A DNA stretch of 64,000 nt from Candidatus Calescibacterium sp. (GTDB lineage Bacteria; Calescibacteriota; Calescibacteriia; Calescibacteriales; Calescibacteriaceae): NCBI GenBank assembly GCA_032249135.1, contig JAVVGL010000010.1, forward strand, positions 33 to 64,032. Reading direction: 5' to 3'. The stretch's first letter is position 1, and each line of letters starts with the position of its first letter. Below the pieces are notes generated by a model. It was not told where the DNA came from. It was given only the letters and a program-made list of their open reading frames with translations, and searched no databases. Position numbers and translations under genes: made by a program. Below, piece after piece: positions 39,555-48,969 of the stretch.

Positions 39555-40142
39555 ATGATTTATGTGAAAAACCTTTCAAAGTATTTTAATTCATTTTGCG
39601 TTTTCGAGAACTTGAACATTGAGATAAATCAAGGAGAAATATTTGGTATTTTTGGGAAAAATGGATCTGGAAAAACGACTTTACTGAAAATCCTTGCAGG
39701 CATAATTGAGCCAACATCAGGAAAAATAGAAATTGTAGAATGGAATAAAGCGAAAAGTTTGTTTGTAGGACATGAGCCCAATCTTTATAAATATCTTTCG
39801 GTCAAAGAGAATTTAGAGTTATGGGCAAGATTATGGGGGAAAAAAATAAGAGAAAATGATATAAAAAAAGCTCTTGAATTTTTTGAAATAGAAAGGTTTT
39901 TGAACCACAAAATTTTTGAGTTATCTCAAGGAACAAGAAGAAAAGTTTCGTTCTCAAAATTTTTACTTATAGAACCGCAAATTTTTATAGTAGATGAGCC
40001 GTTCTCTAACATAGATGATAAAGGTAAAGAAAAGCTCGCACAACTTTTCTTGAAAGCAAAAACAGAAGGCAAAACGGTTATTTTTTCCTCTCCCGATACC
40101 AACACCTACTTAAAACCAGATAGATTCATTATTTTGGGCTGA
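39555..40142 (+). CDS. ABC ATP-binding protein, CcmA-like
   Basis: GKNGSGKT, VGHEPNLY..LSVKENL, LSQG and VDEPF. Length of 195 aa is typical of CcmA. Confidence 0.7.
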   Translation: MIYVKNLSKYFNSFCVFENLNIEINQGEIFGIFGKNGSGKTTLLKILAGIIEPTSGKIEIVEWNKAKSLFVGHEPNLYKYLSVKENLELWARLWGKKIRENDIKKALEFFEIERFLNHKIFELSQGTRRKVSFSKFLLIEPQIFIVDEPFSNIDDKGKEKLAQLFLKAKTEGKTVIFSSPDTNTYLKPDRFIILG

Positions 40143-40881
40143 ATTCAAGGCGTCTGAGGAAGAGTTTTATTTCATCATTATCAGAATATCTTATATCCTC
40201 CGGGAGCCCCTGCCAAATTATCTCTCCATCTTTCATGAAGATTATTTTATCAGCAAGTTTTATTGCACTTTTTATATCGTGAGTTATAACAATAAAAGTT
40301 GATTTTATTTTATCTTTTATATCTAAAATAAGGTCTTCAATAACAGATGATGTAGCAGGATCAATTCCAGAAGTAGGTTCATCTAAAATTACGACTTTTG
40401 GGTTATGAATAATGGCTCTTGCGAGAGCTGTTCTTTTTTGCATACCTCCCGAAAGCTCTGATGGATATTTTTTTTCATGACCTTTCAACCCTATTATATC
40501 TAAAATCCAGTCCAACCTTTCTCTCAAAATTTTTCTATCTTTTATATTTTGAACCTCAAATAAGGGAAAAACTATGTTTTCCTCCACAGTCATCCAATCA
40601 AAAAGAGCTGAGTTTTGGAAAAGAAAACCTATATTCCTTATGTAAGAAAGCTTTTCCGAAGGTTTAAGTTGAGTAATATCTACACCATCAAAAATTATCT
40701 TACCTTTATCTGGTTTCATTATTCCAACTATGTGTTTTACAAGAACGCTTTTACCACAGCCAGATCTCCCCATTATTACATTTATTTTCCCAGTCTCTAT
40801 TTTGAGATTTATGTTTTTCAGAACCGGTTTTCCGTTGAAACTCTTCCAAAGTCCCTGAACCTCTATTATATAATTTCCCAT
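40129..40881 (-). CDS. MlaF/Ttg2A-type ABC ATP-binding protein
   Basis: GRSGCGKS, FQNSALFD.MTVEEN, PSELSGGMQKRTALARA, DEPTSGIDP and THD. Confidence 0.85.
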   Translation of the reverse strand: MGNYIIEVQGLWKSFNGKPVLKNINLKIETGKINVIMGRSGCGKSVLVKHIVGIMKPDKGKIIFDGVDITQLKPSEKLSYIRNIGFLFQNSALFDWMTVEENIVFPLFEVQNIKDRKILRERLDWILDIIGLKGHEKKYPSELSGGMQKRTALARAIIHNPKVVILDEPTSGIDPATSSVIEDLILDIKDKIKSTFIVITHDIKSAIKLADKIIFMKDGEIIWQGLPEDIRYSDNDEIKLFLRRLEFSPK

Positions 40882-40947
40882 AAAAAAATGATTAATCAAC
40901 AAAAATAATCAAGAAAACAAAACTTTTTAAATAATTTTTGTAAAAAA

Positions 40948-42630
40948 GTGAAAGCCGAAACATATCAGCAGATAAGGAAGGTTTTCAGATTTTTCCGAAG
41001 GTATATATGGTATATATTAGCAACCATACCTTTTTCAGCAATAGCATCTTCATCAAGAGGTGGAGCAGTTCTTTTAGCGAAAAATGCAATAGATAAAGGT
41101 ATAGTTCAAAAAGATATAAATTTCATGTTCAAGACTGCGCTAATTCTGATTGGAATCTTTCTCGGAGCCGGAGTATCAAGAATTATCTCTTCTTTTTTAG
41201 CTCAAATTGCTATACAAAGTACGATAAAAGATATAAGACAAGAAATAATAAGAAGATTACTTAATATTCCCTTGAACAAACAAAAACACTCATCTTCTGT
41301 GATTTCAAGAATATCAGCTGATGTAGAGATAATATCAGGTCTTCCATCAACCATAATATCTCTTATAAGAGAACCTTTGTCTTTCATTTTTTTAGCAGGA
41401 GTACTCATTTATATGAACCCAAAACTTGCAGCCCTATCTATCATATCATTCCTTCTGATTTTAGCTCCTGTAAGATACATAAATAAAAAAGTGAGAAAAG
41501 CATCTGAAAGAACAAGAGAATCAGCAGATAAAATTTCGGAAAAAGTAATGGAGGCAATTCAAGGAGCAAAGGTTGTAAGAACATACTCGGCTGACTCTTT
41601 TTATGAGGCAACTAAAAACTATCTCAAAACATTCAAAAGATATAAAATAAAAAGTGCGATCTTACCTGAACTTTCATCTTCTATATCAGAATTTGGCGGA
41701 GCAATCGTAGTTGCAGCAGTCATTATATTTTCATCATATCAGCTTCACAGGGGAGAGATAACCGCGGGAAGTTTTCTCGCTTTCTTCGGTGCAGTAATTG
41801 CTATCTGGGAACCAGTAAAGAGATTTGTAAATGCCATATCAGAATTTTCAAAAACATTACCATCAATCATACGCGTGAACGAATTAGATGAAATTCCAGA
41901 AATAAAATCAGGCAACATAAAAAAAACAGATTTTTCAGAAAGCATAGAGTTCAGAGATGTTTGGGTTTCTTTTGATTCAGAACCAGTACTCAGAGGAATT
42001 AGTTTTAAAGTATCAAAAGGAGAAAAAGTAGCAATAATCGGGAGCTCAGGAGTAGGTAAAACAACTTTGGTATCTTTGCTTCCAAGATTCTTTGACCCAC
42101 AAAAAGGCGAAATACTAATAGACGGTCTGAATATAAAGGATATAGAAATCACAAGTTTAAGAAATCTTATAAGCTTTGTAGAACAAGAACCCTTTATATT
42201 TGATGATACGATTTACAATAATGTAGCTTTTGCAAAACCTGGTGCAAAAAGAGAAGAAGTTGAAAAAGCTCTCAAAATAGCAGAATTAGATTTATCAAAA
42301 ATACCTGGCGGGCTCAATTTCAGATGCGGAGAAAATGGAAAAAATCTATCTCAAGGGCAAAGACACAGAATAGCAATTGCAAGAGCAATACTGAAAAACT
42401 CTCCCATAGTTATAATGGACGAACCGACAGCTTCGCTTGACCCAAAATTAGAGCAAGAGATAATGAGTTCTTTGGAAAAACTTATGGAAGGAAAAACAGT
42501 TTTCATAATATCTCATAAACTCAAAACAACAGAGTGGGCACAAAGATATTTTTTACTCAAAGATGGGAAAATGTATGAAATAACAAGAGAAAAACTTAAA
42601 GAATTTTTTCTTATGTCGGCAGAATTATAA
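40948..42630 (+). CDS. MsbA-like ABC exporter (TMD+NBD)
   Basis: Six-TM N-terminal domain, GSSGVGKT, LPRFFDP, LSQGQR and MDEPTASLD. Confidence 0.85.
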   Translation: MKAETYQQIRKVFRFFRRYIWYILATIPFSAIASSSRGGAVLLAKNAIDKGIVQKDINFMFKTALILIGIFLGAGVSRIISSFLAQIAIQSTIKDIRQEIIRRLLNIPLNKQKHSSSVISRISADVEIISGLPSTIISLIREPLSFIFLAGVLIYMNPKLAALSIISFLLILAPVRYINKKVRKASERTRESADKISEKVMEAIQGAKVVRTYSADSFYEATKNYLKTFKRYKIKSAILPELSSSISEFGGAIVVAAVIIFSSYQLHRGEITAGSFLAFFGAVIAIWEPVKRFVNAISEFSKTLPSIIRVNELDEIPEIKSGNIKKTDFSESIEFRDVWVSFDSEPVLRGISFKVSKGEKVAIIGSSGVGKTTLVSLLPRFFDPQKGEILIDGLNIKDIEITSLRNLISFVEQEPFIFDDTIYNNVAFAKPGAKREEVEKALKIAELDLSKIPGGLNFRCGENGKNLSQGQRHRIAIARAILKNSPIVIMDEPTASLDPKLEQEIMSSLEKLMEGKTVFIISHKLKTTEWAQRYFLLKDGKMYEITREKLKEFFLMSAEL

Positions 42631-43948
42631 CTTTTTTCTTCCGGTCCTCTTTTTTGTAAGAGACAGAAATTTCTTTCCCATCACGGGTATAAATTTTCGG
42701 TATAGGTTTTTTCTCTACTTCTGATATAGGTAAAAGAGGTGTTATACTTTTTATGAATATTGTAGCAAAAACTCCCCTCTTCAAGTAAAAAGAAAGTTCT
42801 ATTTTTTTTCTTCCTTCGTGAAACTCATCATCTGATATTTTCCATTCAACACTTTCAGCGAATTCCCACGCATTTCTTTGTGAATCAACAAAATCTATAT
42901 TTTCTATACCGCTTTTGAAATCAGAAAGCTTTACCCCCTCTTTTCCGAGAACCTGAAGATATATATCTTCTATCTCGGGAGGGATAATAGCATTTGGATG
43001 AGGTAAAGGAATTTTCAAGTCTTTTATTAGAGCAACTTCCGATTGTTCCGGAAAATAAGGAAAAACAAAATAGCCAACAAAATAAGGGAAAAGATAATGT
43101 TTAGAAAACCTTCTTTTCACTACTTCTGCAAGAACATTATTGAATATGAAATCTTGATAGACTTCAAGGTAAAGTCTTCCAAGACGAGGATCTATCATAG
43201 AAAAAGCTCCTTTGAAATCATGAGGTTTTCTCACAAGATACCTCAAAATTCTGAAATCGTTTTTATCTTGAGCGTGAACGAGGCATTCAGCCCAGTTTCC
43301 CCATTTTTCCCTCATTATCTTTTTGAACTTTTTCACTCTGCTTCTATCGTAGTCTGAAACGGCTTGAAAATGTATTTTCAGAGCACCTTCAAAATCTCCT
43401 TTTATTACTCTCTTTCCTATGAAATCTAAAACCTCTTTATCTTGCGGGTGATCAGCAAAGTGTCTTGCAGAACCAAATCTTTGTTCATCAAAATAATTTG
43501 GGAAACCCAAATTTGCTACCCTTTTTATGTTTTCTTCATATTCGGAAAGTTCATCCGGATGAATATCTCTTAAAGTTATCCTGAAAAAGTTTCTAATTAT
43601 GTGTTTAGGTGAGAGAGGTTCATTTGATTCTCCAACAAATTCTGCATTCCACCCTTCTCCTTTCAATCTTTCAACTATTTTGTGCCTGAAACCATTTTCA
43701 TCAACAGCAATATATTGCGTAGATACCGAATATTTGTCTTTGAGACCACAAGAATAAAACATATCACGATTTATTCCAAGTATTTTTGACATAGAATACA
43801 TAACAGATAAGGTATCTATATTCTTTTTTTCAACTTTGTATATAGCAAATTTACCCGGCTTCTTTCTTGTATCATGAGTTTTCTGAATAACACCTTCTTT
43901 GAGTATCTCCTCCACAAAGAAATCCTCTGGTTTGAACTTAACCTTCAT
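42611..43948 (-). CDS. truD: tRNA pseudouridine(13) synthase
   Basis: PEDFFVEE, GLKDKYSVSTQ, NFFRITLR, GFPNYFDEQRFG and FYLKRGVFAT. Confidence 0.93.
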   Translation of the reverse strand: MKVKFKPEDFFVEEILKEGVIQKTHDTRKKPGKFAIYKVEKKNIDTLSVMYSMSKILGINRDMFYSCGLKDKYSVSTQYIAVDENGFRHKIVERLKGEGWNAEFVGESNEPLSPKHIIRNFFRITLRDIHPDELSEYEENIKRVANLGFPNYFDEQRFGSARHFADHPQDKEVLDFIGKRVIKGDFEGALKIHFQAVSDYDRSRVKKFKKIMREKWGNWAECLVHAQDKNDFRILRYLVRKPHDFKGAFSMIDPRLGRLYLEVYQDFIFNNVLAEVVKRRFSKHYLFPYFVGYFVFPYFPEQSEVALIKDLKIPLPHPNAIIPPEIEDIYLQVLGKEGVKLSDFKSGIENIDFVDSQRNAWEFAESVEWKISDDEFHEGRKKIELSFYLKRGVFATIFIKSITPLLPISEVEKKPIPKIYTRDGKEISVSYKKEDRKKKVIILPT

Positions 43949-44044
43949 ATACAATAAAGATATTCTGATTGCTTTTTGGAATAGAATTTCTCTAAAACAT
44001 TTTTTGATGAATAAAAACTCAATAGTTATGATGATACAAAATCT

Positions 44045-44866
44045 TTATGATACAAATCTTATTTTTTTAGGTTCCTGAATTTGCATAATCTCTCCTGCTG
44101 GCTTCATAACAATCAAGCCAGACCTTAAAGCGTATATATCTGCACCTCTTCCAAATCTTATTCCAGCAATCGCTCCCATCAACTTAAAACCTTTGTATTG
44201 TTCAAGGAAAAAGAAAAATTTTTTCATGTCTTCTAAAAGCTCATCCACATCTCGTGAAGAAACTTTTGTTTTAGCAGATACTAATAAAATAACTTTATCT
44301 TTTTTTCTGTTATTTGATTTCTTTTCACAGACTAAAAATAAGTCATATTCTGCGTTCTCGCCATCTCGTGAAACTTTTGCTTCCGGATACACTCCAACAA
44401 CTTTAAATCCTTTTTGCTCCATAAACTTTATAGCGGAAGGCTCAATCATACCTTCAACAAATTCTCCCCAGCTCCCAGTAAGACGACTTATCTCTGTTTT
44501 TAGTTTTTTTATCTCTTCGGATGTTTTTGCAACTTCTTCTGATGCCCTCGCCACTTCTTGTGAGGCTCTTTCTGCTGCTGCAAAAGCTCTATCCGCCGCT
44601 GCAAAAGCTCTTTCTGACAACTCATATGCTCTGTCTAATCTTTCAGAAGTCTTATCAAATAACTCATAAACTTTATCTACCCTTTCGGAAGTCTTATTAA
44701 TAGATTCTCTTAATTCCCTAAATCCTTTCTCATTTTCTTCTGATATTTCTCTTATTCTTTTTGATGTTATTTTTCCTTCCTCAATCAGTTCGTGAAGGGC
44801 TTTTTCTATCTTGTCTATTCTACTTAACTTTCTCTTATTCCCTTTCACTAATGCTCCTTTTTTCAT
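44045..44866 (-). CDS. coiled-coil repeat protein with a C-terminal PD-(D/E)XK-like domain (DUF3782-like)
   Basis: Heptad repeats (ERAFAAA/DRAFAAA) followed by WGEFVEG, EYDLF, VSAKTK and GAIAG...ALRSGLIV. Confidence 0.7.
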   Translation of the reverse strand: MKKGALVKGNKRKLSRIDKIEKALHELIEEGKITSKRIREISEENEKGFRELRESINKTSERVDKVYELFDKTSERLDRAYELSERAFAAADRAFAAAERASQEVARASEEVAKTSEEIKKLKTEISRLTGSWGEFVEGMIEPSAIKFMEQKGFKVVGVYPEAKVSRDGENAEYDLFLVCEKKSNNRKKDKVILLVSAKTKVSSRDVDELLEDMKKFFFFLEQYKGFKLMGAIAGIRFGRGADIYALRSGLIVMKPAGEIMQIQEPKKIRFVS

Positions 44867-44963
44867 AATGTAAATTTTAATGTTTTCATCAGAAGTTTTT
44901 TGAGAGGAAGAAAAAATTTTGGGTTTTGAGGAGGAAAACTGAAAACAAGAGAATCAAAAATGT

Positions 44964-45647
44964 TCAGGTGTGTTGTCCATATTTTAATTCCTTGCCCCGC
45001 TTTGCTCTGACTTTGTTCAAGATAAAAATTGTAGATGAAACAGCAGTTGGGGTTCCACCTTTTGGTGAAAGATTTGTAAGGAATGGAACTTTTTCAACTT
45101 TCGTAAGTTCCCTTTTCACATTTTCAGCACTAACAAAACCAACTGGCAAGCCTATTATAGCTTTTGGCAGGAAAAATCCATCTTCTTCATTATTTACTAT
45201 CCTTATAACCTCATAAAGAAATGTTGGAGAATTCCCACAGACAACAAGTCCAAATTGTCTTTCTTTCAGAGATTTCCTTGCAGACAAAGCTGCCCTTGTA
45301 ATTCCAAGTTTTTTTGCTTCCTCAACGACATCGGGAGAAGATATATTGCAAACTACATCTAAACTAAGATCAAGAGCATAATTTTTTATTCCGCACATGA
45401 CCATTTCAACATCAACCAAAATTGGAAGACCTTCCTCAACCGCCTTTTGAGCTTCGGATATAAACAAAGGATGAAAGACAAGAGTCTTTGCAATCTCAAT
45501 ATCTGCAGTAGCGTGGACAATTCTTACCGCAAGCTCGTACTCATCCTCATTCCTGAAAATATCTTTCGGAAGTAGCTTTCGTATTATATCATAACTTTCT
45601 CTTTCTATCTCTTGGGGGGATTTGAGAATTCCTGAGTTTTCGCTCAT
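44964..45647 (-). CDS. cobH: precorrin-8X/cobalt-precorrin-8 methylmutase
   Basis: PQEIERESYDII, RIVHATAD, GITRA, GNSPT, GLPVGFV and KGGTPTA. Confidence 0.92.
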   Translation of the reverse strand: MSENSGILKSPQEIERESYDIIRKLLPKDIFRNEDEYELAVRIVHATADIEIAKTLVFHPLFISEAQKAVEEGLPILVDVEMVMCGIKNYALDLSLDVVCNISSPDVVEEAKKLGITRAALSARKSLKERQFGLVVCGNSPTFLYEVIRIVNNEEDGFFLPKAIIGLPVGFVSAENVKRELTKVEKVPFLTNLSPKGGTPTAVSSTIFILNKVRAKRGKELKYGQHT

Positions 45648-45663
45648 TTTTAAATATTTTATT

Positions 45664-46398
45664 TCAAAATATTCTTATATCGTTTATTGTTCCTGATGCA
45701 ACAAGGCGAACATATAAATCTGCAACAACAACACTTAAAAGACTTGCCCAGAAGAAAAATCCATGATTTTCATTAAGACGACTTAAAAACTCCCATATTT
45801 TGTATCTTGTAGGTCCTAAAAATCCCTCTTTTCCACCAAAAATATATCTTAAAGAATGACATGAAAGAACATATAAAGTGAGCAGAACTGTGTCTAAAAT
45901 TATGAGTATTGAGCCAAGACCTATTCCAAATCCAAAGCTTCTGTTTTCTCCCCACATAAAAATTGAACTCAAAGCGTGATACCAGTGAATAAAAACAAAA
46001 ATAATGACAAGATAGAGAAAATATCTGTGGATGTTAAGGAGTATATAAGGAAAAGCAGATTCTCCTTTGTACTCTCTTTTTGGCTCTCTCACCGCGCAAG
46101 CTGGAGGATCCATAAAAATACTTCTGTAATACACTCTTCTACAAAAGTAGCATGTTATTCTGTAGCCAGCAGGAACCCACAGAGTGAAAATAGCAGGAGA
46201 AATCCATGCAGTACCAAAAGGTATAGAATAGATTGGAGAGACATAAGGTCCCCACTCAAAGAACTTTCCTTCAATTGCTCTTATTAAGGAGTATATTATA
46301 GATAATATAAAAACGGTTGCACTTACAATAGTTTCAGCCCACCAAGCATCTTGCCTTGATGTTGCAAAAACTCTCTCTGACCTTTCCATAAAATTCAT
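45664..46398 (-). CDS. succinate dehydrogenase membrane-anchor-like protein (Rv0249c-like)
   Basis: RQDAWW, YVSPIYS, GYRITCYFCRRVYYRS, DPPACAV, NIHRYF and LSCHSLR, with about 5 TM helices. Confidence 0.75.
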   Translation of the reverse strand: MNFMERSERVFATSRQDAWWAETIVSATVFILSIIYSLIRAIEGKFFEWGPYVSPIYSIPFGTAWISPAIFTLWVPAGYRITCYFCRRVYYRSIFMDPPACAVREPKREYKGESAFPYILLNIHRYFLYLVIIFVFIHWYHALSSIFMWGENRSFGFGIGLGSILIILDTVLLTLYVLSCHSLRYIFGGKEGFLGPTRYKIWEFLSRLNENHGFFFWASLLSVVVADLYVRLVASGTINDIRIF

Positions 46399-46581
46399 TT
46401 TTTGAAATCCTCAAAAACTTTGGAATAAATCAGAAAGATTTGCAAGTAAATTTATAGTTACCTTACAAGAAGGTTTGATTATTATCTTCAAACATCTATA
46501 CGTACTAAAATCTTTTTTAAATAGTTTTATTTTGAATGAAATAACAAATTTTTAACAATAGACTTTTAAAATTTTATATTA

Positions 46582-48969
46582 ATGGAAGAAGTAAAAAATG
46601 AAGAAAAAGAATTAGGGATTGAAAGAAATATAGGGGCAAAGATAAAAGAGGCTATAATTTTCTCGTTTATATTCTCTTTGGGACTGATAGTATCTGTGGG
46701 AACAATAGTTGGGGTTATGATAACGCTCATAAGGTTCAACTGGTGGAAATTTATAAGTCCATTTCTTGCTAAAACTTTGCCTCCCACTCTCGTTCTTTAT
46801 ATATCAATTTTCGCTATTTACCTTGTTGTATTGTGGATAAGGTCAAAAGATATAGAAAATAATCTTGCATCAAAAATAAAAAATGGGATAAGTTCTGAAA
46901 AAGATCTTATGGAAGTTTCACAGAAGATATCATCTTTTGCGCAATTTGCTTTCATATCATCTATTCTGGCGTGGATAGCCTGTGCAATTCTAACTCCGAT
47001 TTCTTTATACCTACAAGATATTAGTGATCTTCAAACAATAATAGTATATGTTTTTTCTGTTATATCTTTATCTTTTCTCTCATCCTTTGCTATTGCAACA
47101 ATAATAGGAAATACACTCTCACATGAAATAAAAATATCAAAAACAGCAGTTGAAGTATTATCTCGGGCAAGAATCCCAATAAGAATCAAAATACTGGCAG
47201 GAGTAACCTCGGTCATGCTTCTTTTTGTATCAATATTCTTTATCTTCCATATAGAAAAATCTATAAAAGATCTCAAAGAAAAGGAAGCAAGAGAACTATA
47301 CAATATCTTCTCAAAGGGAGAGGAAATTCCATACGGTGTAAAATGGCAAATAACAAAAGATAAACCAGATAATAATATACCATTTGAAAAAGAAATTATT
47401 GAAGCAATAGAAGAAAAAACAAAATTAAAGGAAGGGATTTTATTTGATTATATATCTCCATCTTTGTTCATATTCAGGGAAAAAGATGATAAAACAATAT
47501 ATGGACAGATAATTCCCCTGCCCTGGGTTGAAGATAAAATAAAAAGTGATATCATTCCATTTTTTATTGTTGCTATCATTCTTGGAGCACTTTCATCGTT
47601 TTTCATAAATATAACCATAGGTAAATATATATCAAGAGCAATAAGCGAGAGTGAAAAAGGAATCATACCAACAGATGACGAATTTTTCAGAGTATCTTCT
47701 GTAATATCAAAACAATCATACCAGATTGAAGATGTATCAAATAAATACGCAAAAATATATGATGAAACACAGAAAGCAATACTTCATATATATTCATCAC
47801 TTATAAATACAAAAACCGGAATTCATAAAATACAAGAAGAAACAAGAAGACTTAAAACCTCGGTAGGCAAGATAAGTCAGCTAACATCAAAAGAGATAGA
47901 AATAGAAGATATATCAACAGAGTATTCCATAGAATCAATATATCAAAAGATAAATTTAGCTGCAAAAGAGGTGAAGAAAATAAGGGATAGAGTTAATGAA
48001 CTTTTATCACAAATAACTGAAATTTCTGTCGTAAGAACATCCTCCACAAGCCCTTCACATAAAGATATATATTATGATGAAAGAACATCTGTAAAAGAGG
48101 TAATGTTGTCAAAAAAAATTGAATTTGCAAAGTCAAACCTTGAAAGAATAGATGAATTCCTCGAAAGATTAAAAGAAAAAATAGCGCAATTTTCTGGGAT
48201 AGTAGAAAAAATAAGTGTAGATATGGATAAATTCTCGTCTCTCCGGGAGGATATTGATGGGCTCCGAAAAAGACTTGTGATACTCTCCATGAACACAACA
48301 ATAATAGCAGTAAGAAATGAGGGACAAACAAAAGAAGAGTTATCTATAATAGCAAAGCAGATGTCAGAAACAATAGATGAAATAAAGAAAATAGAAAATA
48401 GAGTAAAAGAACTTACATCAATTGCAAAAAGAATAGAAAATGAGTATCTGAACTTTTCCCAAGATGGAACAATAAAAGATATTCTATCGGATATATCTGG
48501 AATGATAGCAGGAGTTAAAGATACAATTGAGGAGGATATAATATCGCTTGCATATGATATTGCAAGAAGCTCATCTGATACCAGATCTGCTATGAAACAT
48601 CTTCTATCAAGAATATCAGAAATGGATGAGTTTACAAAAAAACTTTCCAATCTTGTATCAAAAGTTGAATCGGAAAAACATGAGATAATTTCCTCTTTTG
48701 AGATTGTATTAAGAGAAATTGAAAACTTAAGTTCAATATCAAAGGAAGTTGAAGAAAAATGCGAGAAAATATTAAGTAGCTTTGAGATGCTCGTTGAAAA
48801 ATATAAAAGTATAAAAAGAGAATTCAAAAATATATTGAACTCAATAAGATTGGAAAATCAAAAAATACTTGAAACAGTAGAAAAGATAGAACAGGAAAAT
48901 AATGATATAAAAAATTCCCTGGAGAAAACATTAAAATTTATCGCCGATCTTCTTCAGCAACAAGGATAA
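46582..48969 (+). CDS. divergent methyl-accepting chemotaxis protein-like membrane protein
   Basis: About 6 TM segments, then a long coiled coil with a degenerate hairpin tip ILSMNTTIIAVR...ELSIIAKQM (canonical LLALNAAIEAAR...GFAVVA). Confidence 0.55.
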   Translation: MEEVKNEEKELGIERNIGAKIKEAIIFSFIFSLGLIVSVGTIVGVMITLIRFNWWKFISPFLAKTLPPTLVLYISIFAIYLVVLWIRSKDIENNLASKIKNGISSEKDLMEVSQKISSFAQFAFISSILAWIACAILTPISLYLQDISDLQTIIVYVFSVISLSFLSSFAIATIIGNTLSHEIKISKTAVEVLSRARIPIRIKILAGVTSVMLLFVSIFFIFHIEKSIKDLKEKEARELYNIFSKGEEIPYGVKWQITKDKPDNNIPFEKEIIEAIEEKTKLKEGILFDYISPSLFIFREKDDKTIYGQIIPLPWVEDKIKSDIIPFFIVAIILGALSSFFINITIGKYISRAISESEKGIIPTDDEFFRVSSVISKQSYQIEDVSNKYAKIYDETQKAILHIYSSLINTKTGIHKIQEETRRLKTSVGKISQLTSKEIEIEDISTEYSIESIYQKINLAAKEVKKIRDRVNELLSQITEISVVRTSSTSPSHKDIYYDERTSVKEVMLSKKIEFAKSNLERIDEFLERLKEKIAQFSGIVEKISVDMDKFSSLREDIDGLRKRLVILSMNTTIIAVRNEGQTKEELSIIAKQMSETIDEIKKIENRVKELTSIAKRIENEYLNFSQDGTIKDILSDISGMIAGVKDTIEEDIISLAYDIARSSSDTRSAMKHLLSRISEMDEFTKKLSNLVSKVESEKHEIISSFEIVLREIENLSSISKEVEEKCEKILSSFEMLVEKYKSIKREFKNILNSIRLENQKILETVEKIEQENNDIKNSLEKTLKFIADLLQQQG

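Noticed and set aside
48072-48827. 251-aa minus-strand ORF, and other long antisense ORFs such as 16355-16786, 31608-32024, 44193-44669 and 58845-59255
   Set aside because: These are Ser/Phe/Ile-rich shadow frames opposite well-supported Lys/Glu-rich genes and carry no motifs.
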